This document shows positions 1-8,530 of a DNA stretch of 61,170 nt, piece after piece (the first letter of the stretch is position 1; each line of letters opens with the position of its first letter). This stretch comes from a virus (taxonomy: Duplodnaviria > Caudoviricetes): IMG/VR virus record IMGVR_UViG_3300026039_000012, positions 1 to 61,170 of that record, one strand, 5' to 3'. The notes under the pieces were generated by a model that did not search any database, was not told the DNA's origin, and saw nothing but the letters and a program-made list of their open reading frames with translations. A program made the translations under genes and the position numbers.

Positions 1-538
1 TTCCTGTCGCAGTGGAGTTCCCCGCCCCGACAGCCAGCTTCCCGGTGTTCGTCGCGGTCAGGGTGCTGCTGTTCAGGAAGTCCAGGGGAGTGACACGGGT
101 CAGGGTGATCGACTCACCTGTGACCGTCGCATACATGATCTTGCTACCGATCGCACTGACCGTGAGGCTGAGTCGGTGGTCAGTGCTGGTCGCCCACGTC
201 GTGTACGACCCTCCGATGACGCTGGAGAGGTTGACCCCAGTCAGGACGTAGACGTCGAGACCGAGGCCGGGGTTCGTGGCAGCCGTGGCCGTCACGGTCA
301 TCGCAGCTGTGGGAGAGCTGATGACGGTGTAGTACGCGCGCATTGCGTACTGGTTGACGATCGACGTCCAGGTGTGGCCCTGGGAGTCGGTCATGTTGGT
401 GATGGACCCGCCGGACGTCCATACCGCAGCGAACGCAACGACGACGGAATGCAGAGGGGGTGTGAAGGATTCCGTCGTAACCGTCGTGGCGTTCGCCTTG
501 ACGTACGCCGGAGACGAGCTGTCGAACTCGATAGCCAT
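1..538 (-). CDS. N-terminal part (runs off the window start) of the long repeat fibre/whisker protein; diverged second copy of the domain at 60714-61170
   Basis: ATG at 538 with GGAGG upstream; reads MAIEFDSSSPAYVKANATTVTTESFTPPLHSVVVAFAAVWTSGG... without a stop to base 1; colinear with the N-terminus of ORF 58618..61170. Confidence 0.8.
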   Translation of the reverse strand, partial: MAIEFDSSSPAYVKANATTVTTESFTPPLHSVVVAFAAVWTSGGSITNMTDSQGHTWTSIVNQYAMRAYYTVISSPTAAMTVTATAATNPGLGLDVYVLTGVNLSSVIGGSYTTWATSTDHRLSLTVSAIGSKIMYATVTGESITLTRVTPLDFLNSSTLTATNTGKLAVGAGNSTATG

Positions 539-581
539 CCTTCACACCTCCCTCAGAGAGCAGTTCTCGGAGCTGAAGGTG

Positions 582-971
582 TCAGGCGGCAGTACTCAGC
601 GTGACGTCCAGGTCTCCGATCGGGACGGTGAAGTCAGATCCGGAAGCGATGGCCGCAGCGGTCAGGGTCCCGGAGAACAGGAAGTTCCCACCGGTCGAGG
701 CGTCCCACGCAGAGAAGTGGGAGTAATCCTCAGCCGTCGAGACAGACGTCCAGGTGAGCACAGCGGTGTTGCTGATCGCTCCGGTAGTGGCAGCAGAGCC
801 GAAGGTGGCAGCGACCCGGTCGGTTTCCCCGGCAGCGTTGGACGTTCCGGCTGCTCCCGGGTCGCCGATGTGCAGCTTGACGTAGATCGCATCGGGCTCG
901 GTCCAGGCCGTCGAGCGACACAGGGCGTTGAGTATGGCAGCAGCTGTGGCAGCCGAGAATCCGGTGGCCAT
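582..971 (-). CDS. Virion structural protein, Gp80-like fibre/collar-associated family
   Basis: Motifs YVKLHIGDPG...RVAATFG...ISNT...HFSAWDASTGGNFLFSGTL are typical of this small phage structural family; lies between the major tail and fibre genes; start taken at MATGF. Confidence 0.7.
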   Translation of the reverse strand: MATGFSAATAAAILNALCRSTAWTEPDAIYVKLHIGDPGAAGTSNAAGETDRVAATFGSAATTGAISNTAVLTWTSVSTAEDYSHFSAWDASTGGNFLFSGTLTAAAIASGSDFTVPIGDLDVTLSTAA

Positions 972-982
972 GAGAGATCTCC

Positions 983-1225
983 TCAGGTAGTAGACGACTG
1001 ACGAAGAGCGGACACAGCCTTTCGGACAGCCCAGTCCTTCGCGTACAGAAGGTTCCTGAGACATTCCGTGATCTCAGGCCCGGGTGGAAGACCATCCACG
1101 GTGGCGTGAGCCAGATCGTGGAAGGACATGGAGACAGCCTGGAGAGGCTCTGGAAGATGCTCGTACTCGAAGTACTCCAGCAGGAGGTCAGTTGCCGGAT
1201 CGTTCTGAGCGTCAAGTGGTCTCAT
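983..1225 (-). CDS. Small helical-hairpin protein (FxYxHLP...LRxLLxAKDxAVR family), paralog 1
   Basis: EYFEYEHLPEPLQAVS...GPEITECLRNLLYAKDWAVRKA; paralogs at 55869 and 39379. Confidence 0.75.
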   Translation of the reverse strand: MRPLDAQNDPATDLLLEYFEYEHLPEPLQAVSMSFHDLAHATVDGLPPGPEITECLRNLLYAKDWAVRKAVSALRQSSTT

Positions 1226-1253
1226 CTGTTCGAGCCTCTCCAGGTAGGGATCA

Positions 1254-2195
1254 TCAGGTGTACGTGAATCCGTTGTACTCCGTGGCGTTGCCCCCGGACT
1301 TCGTCACCACGACGTCGACAGCGCCAGCCGCGTGGGCAGGTGTGGTGACCGTGATCGACGTATCCGAGACAACCGTGAAGGACGTCCCAGCAGATCCTCC
1401 GAAGGTGACTCCGGTCGCTCCGGTGAAGCCGACACCCGTGATGGTCACGGCGGTCGACCCGGCAGCCGCGCCAGTCGCCGGAGAGATCAGTGTGATGTAC
1501 GGAGGCATCGGGTACGGGGAACAGCTGGCAGTCGGAGGCGCCACCTCGGTGTCGATGAGCAACAGGTGGTCCAGCGAATCGAGAGCAGTCGGCAGAGGCC
1601 CGGGAACCGGGGTCACGCTGTCGTCCAGGACGACGTTGTACGGCCCGACGCCCCAGGCGTTCCCGCCAACGGTGTAGGCGCCGGTCATCGAGAACGAGAT
1701 GGCGTCCTCTCCGGTGACCTCGATGTTTCCGAGGACGCCTGCGTTCATGAACGGGAGCAGGAGATATCCGCCGTAGAACGCAGCGCCGGACGGGCACGCT
1801 TCGCCGGAGAGCCCGGTCCACAGCTCCAGAGCGAACTTCTTGTCCACGAAGCCTTCAGGGACCGTGAATCCGGCAACATCGTCCGCCGAGTCCAGGTACA
1901 CCTCTGCGTTCGTCATGAACGACAGGAGAGATGGGTTCACTCCGCAGAACTCGACCTCAGCAGTGAACCGCTTGAAGTTCGGGGACAGCTTCTCGTTGAC
2001 GCACAGTGCGCCGTTGGCCGTCTTGGTGATGATCTCCGCCCCGTCGTCGACCTCGGACGACAGCGTGACGGATATGAACCCCTCGACGACGATCAGGCTG
2101 TCGACGGTTGCAGCGGCGGGGACGTTCCCACAGCCGTCCAAGGCCGTGACTCTGAGCCGCTTCCCCAGGATCGGCTTGTAACACTTCGTAGCCAT
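1254..2195 (-). CDS. Major tail protein with C-terminal IPT/TIG Ig-like domain
   Basis: N-terminal GKRLRVTALDGCG resembles cluster B-type major tail proteins; C-terminal ITLISPATG..GSTAVTITGVGF...VTFGG...TSITVTTPAHAAGAVDVVVT is an IPT/TIG domain. Confidence 0.85.
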   Translation of the reverse strand: MATKCYKPILGKRLRVTALDGCGNVPAAATVDSLIVVEGFISVTLSSEVDDGAEIITKTANGALCVNEKLSPNFKRFTAEVEFCGVNPSLLSFMTNAEVYLDSADDVAGFTVPEGFVDKKFALELWTGLSGEACPSGAAFYGGYLLLPFMNAGVLGNIEVTGEDAISFSMTGAYTVGGNAWGVGPYNVVLDDSVTPVPGPLPTALDSLDHLLLIDTEVAPPTASCSPYPMPPYITLISPATGAAAGSTAVTITGVGFTGATGVTFGGSAGTSFTVVSDTSITVTTPAHAAGAVDVVVTKSGGNATEYNGFTYT

Positions 2196-2210
2196 TGGGT
2201 TACTCCTCGC

Positions 2211-3080
2211 TTACTTGATGGCCTCTTCGCAGGGGCATTCGAGAGTGACAAGAGCAGCCCCCACGGGGCACGGATCGAAGCCCAGGAGGTAGGTGCGTTC
2301 TGCGACTGCGTACAGGATGTTTTCTGAACGGTCGAGCAGATCACCCGGCCGATCAGAGGAGGTGAAGACCTCGGACCTGTACCCGAACAGAGCCGACGTG
2401 ACGTACATCCACGTCTCTCCGTCGTCCGGCGCACCGATCTCCCCCGGCCCGGTACCGGGGTACCCGCCTCCGGCAGCGACTGGAGTCCCGAGAGCCGTCA
2501 GGAGACGTCCTCCGGACGTGATCAGCGCCCCCTTGGCGAGGCCGGAGATGGCCGCTGCCCGGGTCATGTGGATCACTCCGAGGCTGCCGTACTCGGCAGA
2601 CACGTAGTCCTCCAGGAGACCGAGACCGAGCAGGTAGGTAACTGCCGTTGCTGCCGTCAGGTCCGTTGCGGAGTCGATCAGGTTCGGGTCGTTGTTCAGG
2701 TCTCCGGACCAGAATGCCTGCTCCACACGACTCTCTTCGCGGGTCAGAAGACGCTGCGTCGCGCGTTCCTGAGCACGCTCAGGAGGCCAGCCGGCGGGCG
2801 AGCACTTGAACGTCCCGTAGACCGTGAAGGTGTCGGAGTCCGCTGACTCCCCCTCACTGGTCTCCAGCGTCTTCGGAAGTCCCAGCGTCTCGTCCCGGGG
2901 GATGTCGCACTGCCACGGGCCGATGCCGTCCAGGGGCTCGCACGACATGGTTTCCGCTGTCGTTCCGGACTCCCAGCGATCAGAGCCGGGTGGACGGAAC
3001 GTGAAGGTACTGAACAGGCCGTAGGGGAGAGGCTGACGCGCCGCCCCTGCGACGACTGCGGGAGGTGCTGGCGCTGTCAT
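2211..3080 (-). CDS. Major capsid pentamer protein (Rosebush/cluster B type)
   Basis: PLPYGLFS...RWESG...FTVYGTFKC...AVAERTY motifs; directly downstream of the hexamer gene. Confidence 0.7.
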   Translation of the reverse strand: MTAPAPPAVVAGAARQPLPYGLFSTFTFRPPGSDRWESGTTAETMSCEPLDGIGPWQCDIPRDETLGLPKTLETSEGESADSDTFTVYGTFKCSPAGWPPERAQERATQRLLTREESRVEQAFWSGDLNNDPNLIDSATDLTAATAVTYLLGLGLLEDYVSAEYGSLGVIHMTRAAAISGLAKGALITSGGRLLTALGTPVAAGGGYPGTGPGEIGAPDDGETWMYVTSALFGYRSEVFTSSDRPGDLLDRSENILYAVAERTYLLGFDPCPVGAALVTLECPCEEAIK

Positions 3081-3121
3081 CGGTTCTCCTCTGATCTACA
3101 GCGGGTGAGTGCTGAGTGGTG

Positions 3122-3165
3122 GCGGGTAGCCGGACTGTGACGGGGGGCACGGCCCGGCTACCCGC
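3122..3165 (-). terminator. Strong stem-loop between the capsid hexamer and pentamer genes (terminator, attenuator or mRNA stabiliser)
   Basis: Inverted repeat GCGGGTAGCCGG (3122-3133) / CCGGCTACCCGC (3154-3165). Confidence 0.6.
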
Positions 3166-3178
3166 GTTCAGAGGGGAC

Positions 3179-5350
3179 TCAGGTGGTGAGAGCCGTGATG
3201 ATCGCACCAGGCGTGGTGTTGCCCTCGGCGTCCCTGGTCTCGTGGCGGCAGTAGTACGTGGTGCCGGTCGTGAGTCCGGTCATGCTCCGGACCGGGTTGG
3301 TCTGCCACTCGGTCCAGGTCACTCCACCGTCCGTGCTGAACCGGTACGGCTCAGCGTTGAGACCGACCACGTCCGAAGCTCCGGACACCGTCAGCGTGAA
3401 GCTGGTCGTTGCCAGGCTGGAAGCCGCGAGAGTACCGGCCACGGGGCCAACCCGGTCGTCCTCAGCGACATCGACGAGGATCGGCTCCTCGTTCTCGTTG
3501 CCGACCGGACTTCCGTCGCAGTTCAGGTGGATGGTTCCACCGGTGGATCCGTCAGCACACAGGCTCACGGTGACCACGCGGGAGTCGTGGCCACGCTTCG
3601 CGACCAGGTAGCCCTCTTCGGTGAACAGCGCTGTGTAGTCGTTCTCGGCCAGAAGGGTCGAGTCGTACATGGTGTCGAGCGTGATGACGTCCGACGTACC
3701 CTGCACCCAGGTACCGGCGACGTACAGCAAGAACTGCACCGTGTCCGGCCAGGTGAGGAACGACCCGGCTGCTCCGGTGATCGGCTGCCAGTCGTAGACG
3801 AACTGGGGGGCGATGCCCCGGAGGGTGAACCAGGCGTTGATCTGGGCGTCAGTAACGGCCAGCATGTCGACCCCGGTGCGCAGCGCGAGGTCAGACCTGA
3901 TCGCGCCGTGCACCCAGTACGGGAAGACGGCTTCCAGCGTCCGGCCACGGGCGAGCCGGTGAACGTGCCGGTAGTGCTCCACCTGCTTCTCGATCGCGTC
4001 GAGAAGCGGAGCGACAGATCCGACTGTGGTGGCAGGGAACGTGACTGCCGTGGACCCAGTGACCAGCGCTGCGAGAATCCGCCCGCTCATCCGGTGGTCG
4101 TGGGAGACGAGCGCACCGCGAACCGTCCGCGCGATGGTCTCGGGGTATCCGCGCGACTGGAGAAGCCCCGCCTGAAGACAGAGACCGGTGAGACGCAGAC
4201 GCGCCTCGACGAACGAAGGGCACGGGATCTTGTAGCAGGGCTTCGACCCGGCAGAACCGGTCCCGACACCCTCGCTGTCGATCGCGTAGTCACCCGCGAT
4301 GTCGTTGGCCTCGGAGTAGTCGAACCCGGGAACAGCCGCGTAGATCGTGCTGAAGTCCGGTCCGGCTGTGTAGTAGATCCCGCCCCTGGCCACGCCGATC
4401 GTCGGGAGAGAGAACAGACCGTCCCGACTCTCGATCTCGAACAGGTCGTAGAGCACCTCGCTCGGAGCGCACCACCCACCCGACGCCACCAGAGATCCGC
4501 CCTGAAGACGAGATTCGTTGGTCGCGTAGGACATGACCTCCTCGACGTGCTCCCGGTCGGAGTTCCGCACGATCAACCGGGAGTCGAGGGGCTTGCGGAT
4601 CGTTGCCACGGAGAACTGCTGACGCAGCGCGCGACCTGACCGGGCAGCCGAGGAGTACGCGGCGGGGTTGTACCCGGCCAGACGCCGGTCGATGATCCGC
4701 GCGACGTCGTCAACGGTGACACCCTGACCGGCCACGTACCCGCTGCCGTCTCCAGCGGCCATCAGAACTTCGCGGATCCCTGAGGGGGTACCGGTCTGCG
4801 CCGGAGGGATTGCCGAACGGCTCTGCCGACTGGCCACACGCGACAGGTTCACTCGAACAGGCGTACGAGTCTCGGCAGACGCAACAACCGTGGTCTCTGC
4901 GTTCGCCGTGTCTGCGTCGGAGGCCAGCTGCTCTCCGTCGACCTCCTCGACAGGGGCCTCCCCTCCGTCCTCGGACCCCTCGCCGGAGTCAGAGTCAGAG
5001 TCGGAGTTCAGGGTGTCGGAGTCGGCAGCGCTGGTGTGAACTCTGCCCGCCAGTTCGGCCGCAGCGGCCGACCGCTCCGCCTCGCTCTCCTGACGGGAGG
5101 CAAGTTCGGCTGCCAGGGACTCGATTCCCTCGGTAAGTGCCGAGAGAGTCTCGATGTCTTCTGGGGTGAGCGACTGGCCGTCTCCGTACAGAGCATCGAA
5201 GTGTGCAACAGCCTCGGTGTGGAGTGCCGCAAGAGCACTGTCGTCGAGACCGGCGAACTCCGCTGGGATGACGAACTCGGAACCGGCAGGGGCGCCCTGG
5301 TCCTCGTAGTCCGTGAAGTACTGGGTGGCACGCTTTCGGCTGGTGAACAT
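3179..5350 (-). CDS. Major capsid (hexamer) protein with acidic N-terminal scaffold-like region and C-terminal Fn3-like extension
   Basis: LVASGGWCAPSEVLYDL...LPTIGVARGGI motif of cluster B-type capsid proteins; start taken at MFTSRK; C-terminal YRFSTDGGVTW...TGLTTGTTYYCRHETRDAEGN is Fn3-like. Confidence 0.85.
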   Translation of the reverse strand: MFTSRKRATQYFTDYEDQGAPAGSEFVIPAEFAGLDDSALAALHTEAVAHFDALYGDGQSLTPEDIETLSALTEGIESLAAELASRQESEAERSAAAAELAGRVHTSAADSDTLNSDSDSDSGEGSEDGGEAPVEEVDGEQLASDADTANAETTVVASAETRTPVRVNLSRVASRQSRSAIPPAQTGTPSGIREVLMAAGDGSGYVAGQGVTVDDVARIIDRRLAGYNPAAYSSAARSGRALRQQFSVATIRKPLDSRLIVRNSDREHVEEVMSYATNESRLQGGSLVASGGWCAPSEVLYDLFEIESRDGLFSLPTIGVARGGIYYTAGPDFSTIYAAVPGFDYSEANDIAGDYAIDSEGVGTGSAGSKPCYKIPCPSFVEARLRLTGLCLQAGLLQSRGYPETIARTVRGALVSHDHRMSGRILAALVTGSTAVTFPATTVGSVAPLLDAIEKQVEHYRHVHRLARGRTLEAVFPYWVHGAIRSDLALRTGVDMLAVTDAQINAWFTLRGIAPQFVYDWQPITGAAGSFLTWPDTVQFLLYVAGTWVQGTSDVITLDTMYDSTLLAENDYTALFTEEGYLVAKRGHDSRVVTVSLCADGSTGGTIHLNCDGSPVGNENEEPILVDVAEDDRVGPVAGTLAASSLATTSFTLTVSGASDVVGLNAEPYRFSTDGGVTWTEWQTNPVRSMTGLTTGTTYYCRHETRDAEGNTTPGAIITALTT

Positions 5351-5428
5351 CAGATCCTTCTCCTCGTCTGTGACGAGGTCCGGCCCTGCTGCCAGCAACC
5401 ACTGAGTGTGAGTGTAGGTGATCTAGGA

Positions 5429-5707
5429 CTATCCGCGTGGCCTGCGTCCGCCGTGGCGGGCCTGAGCCGCACGAGCAAGAGCAGCCCGTACCTCCAGCTG
5501 AGTCCGGAACGACGGGGCTGATTCGCTGACGTTCACGGTCACGGAGAACGAGGACGTCTTACCTGCCGTCGTCGCTGTCGGCCGGAGATTCTCCTGAGGT
5601 GTCGCACCTGCTGGAGGAGTCTTCGGAGGGGTCGGAGCAGGCGTCTTGGCAGAGTCAGGAGTGTTCGACGTGACAGACGACCTGCTCCGCTTTCCGCAGT
5701 TGCACAT
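5429..5707 (-). CDS. Small head-module protein (MCNCGK start)
   Basis: Fills the gap between protease and capsid genes; CxC N-terminal motif seen in this position in related phages. Confidence 0.55.
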   Translation of the reverse strand: MCNCGKRSRSSVTSNTPDSAKTPAPTPPKTPPAGATPQENLRPTATTAGKTSSFSVTVNVSESAPSFRTQLEVRAALARAAQARHGGRRPRG

Positions 5708-5708
5708 G

Positions 5709-7166
5709 TCAGCTTCTCCCTGCCGTAGTGAGTGATCTCCGTGCACGAAGTGCGAGAGCCGAGCCACGAACCCTCAGAGCACATGCCTGAGCGGGGCCGG
5801 CCAGCTCTGCACTGAGCGTCTTCCGCTGCTCGGCTGCCCTCTCCCGAGTGATCAGCGACTTCAGGTACTTCAGGTCCTCGGGATCCAGGCCAGCGACGGT
5901 AGCCGCCGGAAGTTGCCGACGCGCGACCATCCCGGCAGCAACGAGCGACATCATCTCCCCGGAGGCGACGAGACCGGCCGTCCGAGGGACAGGGAAACCA
6001 GGGACGTTCACGGCGAGCGCAGCGACGAGTTCGAGCTGACCGCCGATTCGGCGCCAGTCGCCGGACAGCGGGGCAGAGCGCAGAGATCGAAGCTGCTCAG
6101 CGCTGAGGTCCCTTACCGAGCCGGACACCCAGATCCCGTGACGGTCTTCTCCGACGCAGACGTCAGCGACGACAGCCCCGGTGTTCTCGTAGTGAGCGAG
6201 TGCAAGTGCAGGGGAGGCGTTGGCCGAAGCGTGACCTGTGTCGAGTGTGATGTGTCCGACCGGGATCTCTGCCCCACCCTGAACTCTGACGACTCCGGTG
6301 TGGAAGTAGCTGTACCCAGCGGCAGATCTCGGAGGAGTCACACACTCGCCTGCCCCAGAGTGGGCGATGTGACACGTCCCCCACAGCGCGAGATGACCGA
6401 ACACCTGGCCATCCTCGGTCACCGTCAGCGCTGTGGGGGCAGTCAGACGGGGATCGGCGAACCACTCAGCGCGAGGCAACGGCTGGGGTGCTGCCCCTGC
6501 GGTGAGGCCTGATTCGTCGTCTTCCCCGTCACCGACGCCGCTCGTCGCGTCGGGGTCTTCCAGACTGTCCATGTCGGCAGAGATCTTCGCGTCCGCGAAC
6601 GCTGGAATGGCCACGAGAGTAGCCGCACGGATACGCGCTGAGGTCGTGACCTGGACCTCGTCGTCAGGATTCACACGGGCCACGATGATCCGACCCTCGT
6701 CGTCCTTCTCCAGCTCCGGCTCTTCAGACTCCTCGGGCAGAGCTTCCGAGTCCACTGGACCGAAGAACTCCTCGTACATCTCGGCCAGCTCGCCAGCAAT
6801 CCTGACCTCGAACGCCACAGAGTCGAGATCCATCGACACGCCGACAGTGCGTTCCTCGAGAACCTGCCGAGCAGCCTCCCGCCCCGCCCTCCCCTCCAGG
6901 TCGAAGGTCCCGGTAGCCCAGATCTTCCCGCACTTGCGCCGCTCTGTGGTCTCGATCGTCCCGGCCACCTGAGCACCATCGTGAGCTCCGACGTCTTCTA
7001 CGACGTACCGGAATGGAGCAGGGACCGACCACTCAAGCGCGTTGGTCTCGATCATTCGGCCGTCGCCGGTCAGCTGGCCCTCGATACCGATGACTCCGGA
7101 CCATCTCCGGGGAAGCATCTGGGTGTCAGCAGATGCAGTGAGGGTGGTGACGGCACGCTGTGGCAT
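5709..7166 (-). CDS. Capsid maturation protease
   Basis: EGQLTGDGR, HDGAQVAG, VGVSMDLD, IRAATLVAIPAFADA and LSGDWRRIGGQLELVAALAVNVPGF motifs; upstream of the capsid gene. Confidence 0.8.
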   Translation of the reverse strand: MPQRAVTTLTASADTQMLPRRWSGVIGIEGQLTGDGRMIETNALEWSVPAPFRYVVEDVGAHDGAQVAGTIETTERRKCGKIWATGTFDLEGRAGREAARQVLEERTVGVSMDLDSVAFEVRIAGELAEMYEEFFGPVDSEALPEESEEPELEKDDEGRIIVARVNPDDEVQVTTSARIRAATLVAIPAFADAKISADMDSLEDPDATSGVGDGEDDESGLTAGAAPQPLPRAEWFADPRLTAPTALTVTEDGQVFGHLALWGTCHIAHSGAGECVTPPRSAAGYSYFHTGVVRVQGGAEIPVGHITLDTGHASANASPALALAHYENTGAVVADVCVGEDRHGIWVSGSVRDLSAEQLRSLRSAPLSGDWRRIGGQLELVAALAVNVPGFPVPRTAGLVASGEMMSLVAAGMVARRQLPAATVAGLDPEDLKYLKSLITRERAAEQRKTLSAELAGPAQACALRVRGSALALRARRSLTTAGRS

Positions 7167-7187
7167 ACCTCAGAGGGTAGTGCCCGA

Positions 7188-8057
7188 TCATCGAATTCCG
7201 GCAGCACGCGCTGCCTTGAACCCGAGACCAATCAGGTGGCATCGGCAGTTCGCGCGTTCCGAGTACGGCGCTGAGGGGTCACCTGGGCCGGTCATTGCGT
7301 ATCCGCCAACGATGAACGTCTCTCCGACACGGACGGCCGTCCCGTTCACTTCAGCGTGGCTGTGGCGGACACGGTTATCCCTGACGCTCACCCACCGCTT
7401 GCCCGGGTAGTTCTTCCGGGAGATCTCCTGCTCGGTGAAATGCGAGAACAGCGCTGTGCTCTCCGTGCGAGCGATCCGCTGGGCCTGCACCGCCCAGCTG
7501 TCTCCCTCGGTCGACGTGCCGTCGTCGGTCGTGATGTTCGTGATGACCCGACCTGTCTCCGGGTCGAGCGCAGCGGAAAGAGCGGCGAGCAGTTGTTTCC
7601 GCGAGACCTTCCGCGTGTCCTGTGTCAGCACGGAGAGAGCACTCGTGTGGATCTCCGCCGGAAGGTCGATCGCTTCCAGGCGATCGAGCGTCGAGACGAC
7701 GAACGGGTCTGTCACTCCGAGACGCTGAGCAGCCGTCAGACCGTCAGCCGAATGAGTGGGGGACGGTGGGGAATCGAGCGCCGTGACGTCAGTTCCGACC
7801 GTCGAGACCAGCGCCCAGCCAACAGTGTCGACGAACGACGACCAGAGACGCCGGACTGCTCCAAGGGTGAACGGTTCACGCGGTTGACCGGCAGCGATCA
7901 GAACCGGAGCATCGAGCGCTTGACGAGCGATCAGGTGCACATCGTCGAGCAGCACACCGAGCGCTCGGGTGCTCTCCTGCTGAACACGTCGCTCGAACAC
8001 TGCTCGTTGAGACGTCTGCGACCCGGGGGAGGTGACGTCGAGCAGGATCGTGCTCAT
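7188..8057 (-). CDS. MuF-like minor head protein
   Basis: AQRIARTES...KRWVSVRDNRVRHSH...PGDPSAP.SERANCRC phage Mu F motif. Confidence 0.85.
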   Translation of the reverse strand: MSTILLDVTSPGSQTSQRAVFERRVQQESTRALGVLLDDVHLIARQALDAPVLIAAGQPREPFTLGAVRRLWSSFVDTVGWALVSTVGTDVTALDSPPSPTHSADGLTAAQRLGVTDPFVVSTLDRLEAIDLPAEIHTSALSVLTQDTRKVSRKQLLAALSAALDPETGRVITNITTDDGTSTEGDSWAVQAQRIARTESTALFSHFTEQEISRKNYPGKRWVSVRDNRVRHSHAEVNGTAVRVGETFIVGGYAMTGPGDPSAPYSERANCRCHLIGLGFKAARAAGIR

Positions 8058-8530
8058 GGTGTGACCTCCGTGGACGGGTGTTGTGCAGTGTGCAGACCGA
8101 GGCGGACACTCAGCCGTTCGGCGAGCGCCTCGAGCGTGTGCTGCTCTCCGGTGATCGCCAGGTCGTGCACGTAGCTGTCCAACTCCTGCCCGACCCGATC
8201 AGCGCTGACCGACCCTGGCCACCCCTCCGGAGCGTGCACGTTGAGCAGCACGGGGACGACGTCCCAGGCCTCTCGGATCGCCTTCGTGACCATGTCGTCG
8301 GTCGGGGGCCAGAGCGTGTGGGCGATGTACTTCGGACGATCCCCAAGAGCGGCCCAGCGGGAGCGGTCGAACCGCACGACGTATCTCCCGAGAGCCTCCA
8401 GGGCTTTGGTCACGAGAACGTCACAGACGGCCAGGAGGATCGACGCTCCAGCGGGAGGAACAAGGCTGTACGCCCCACAGCAAGGGCACTGCCCCGGCCA
8501 CTCGTGCGTGTGTGCAGGTGTCTGTGTCAT
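8054..8530 (-). CDS. Hypothetical protein
   Basis: ORF overlaps both neighbours by 4 bp (ATGA coupling). Confidence 0.65.
   Translation of the reverse strand: MTQTPAHTHEWPGQCPCCGAYSLVPPAGASILLAVCDVLVTKALEALGRYVVRFDRSRWAALGDRPKYIAHTLWPPTDDMVTKAIREAWDVVPVLLNVHAPEGWPGSVSADRVGQELDSYVHDLAITGEQHTLEALAERLSVRLGLHTAQHPSTEVTP

Noticed and set aside
1-457. Diversity-generating retroelement (TR/VR pair) explaining the two diverged fibre copies
   Set aside because: Differences are not adenine-specific (C/T and G/C changes, many synonymous) and no reverse transcriptase is encoded.
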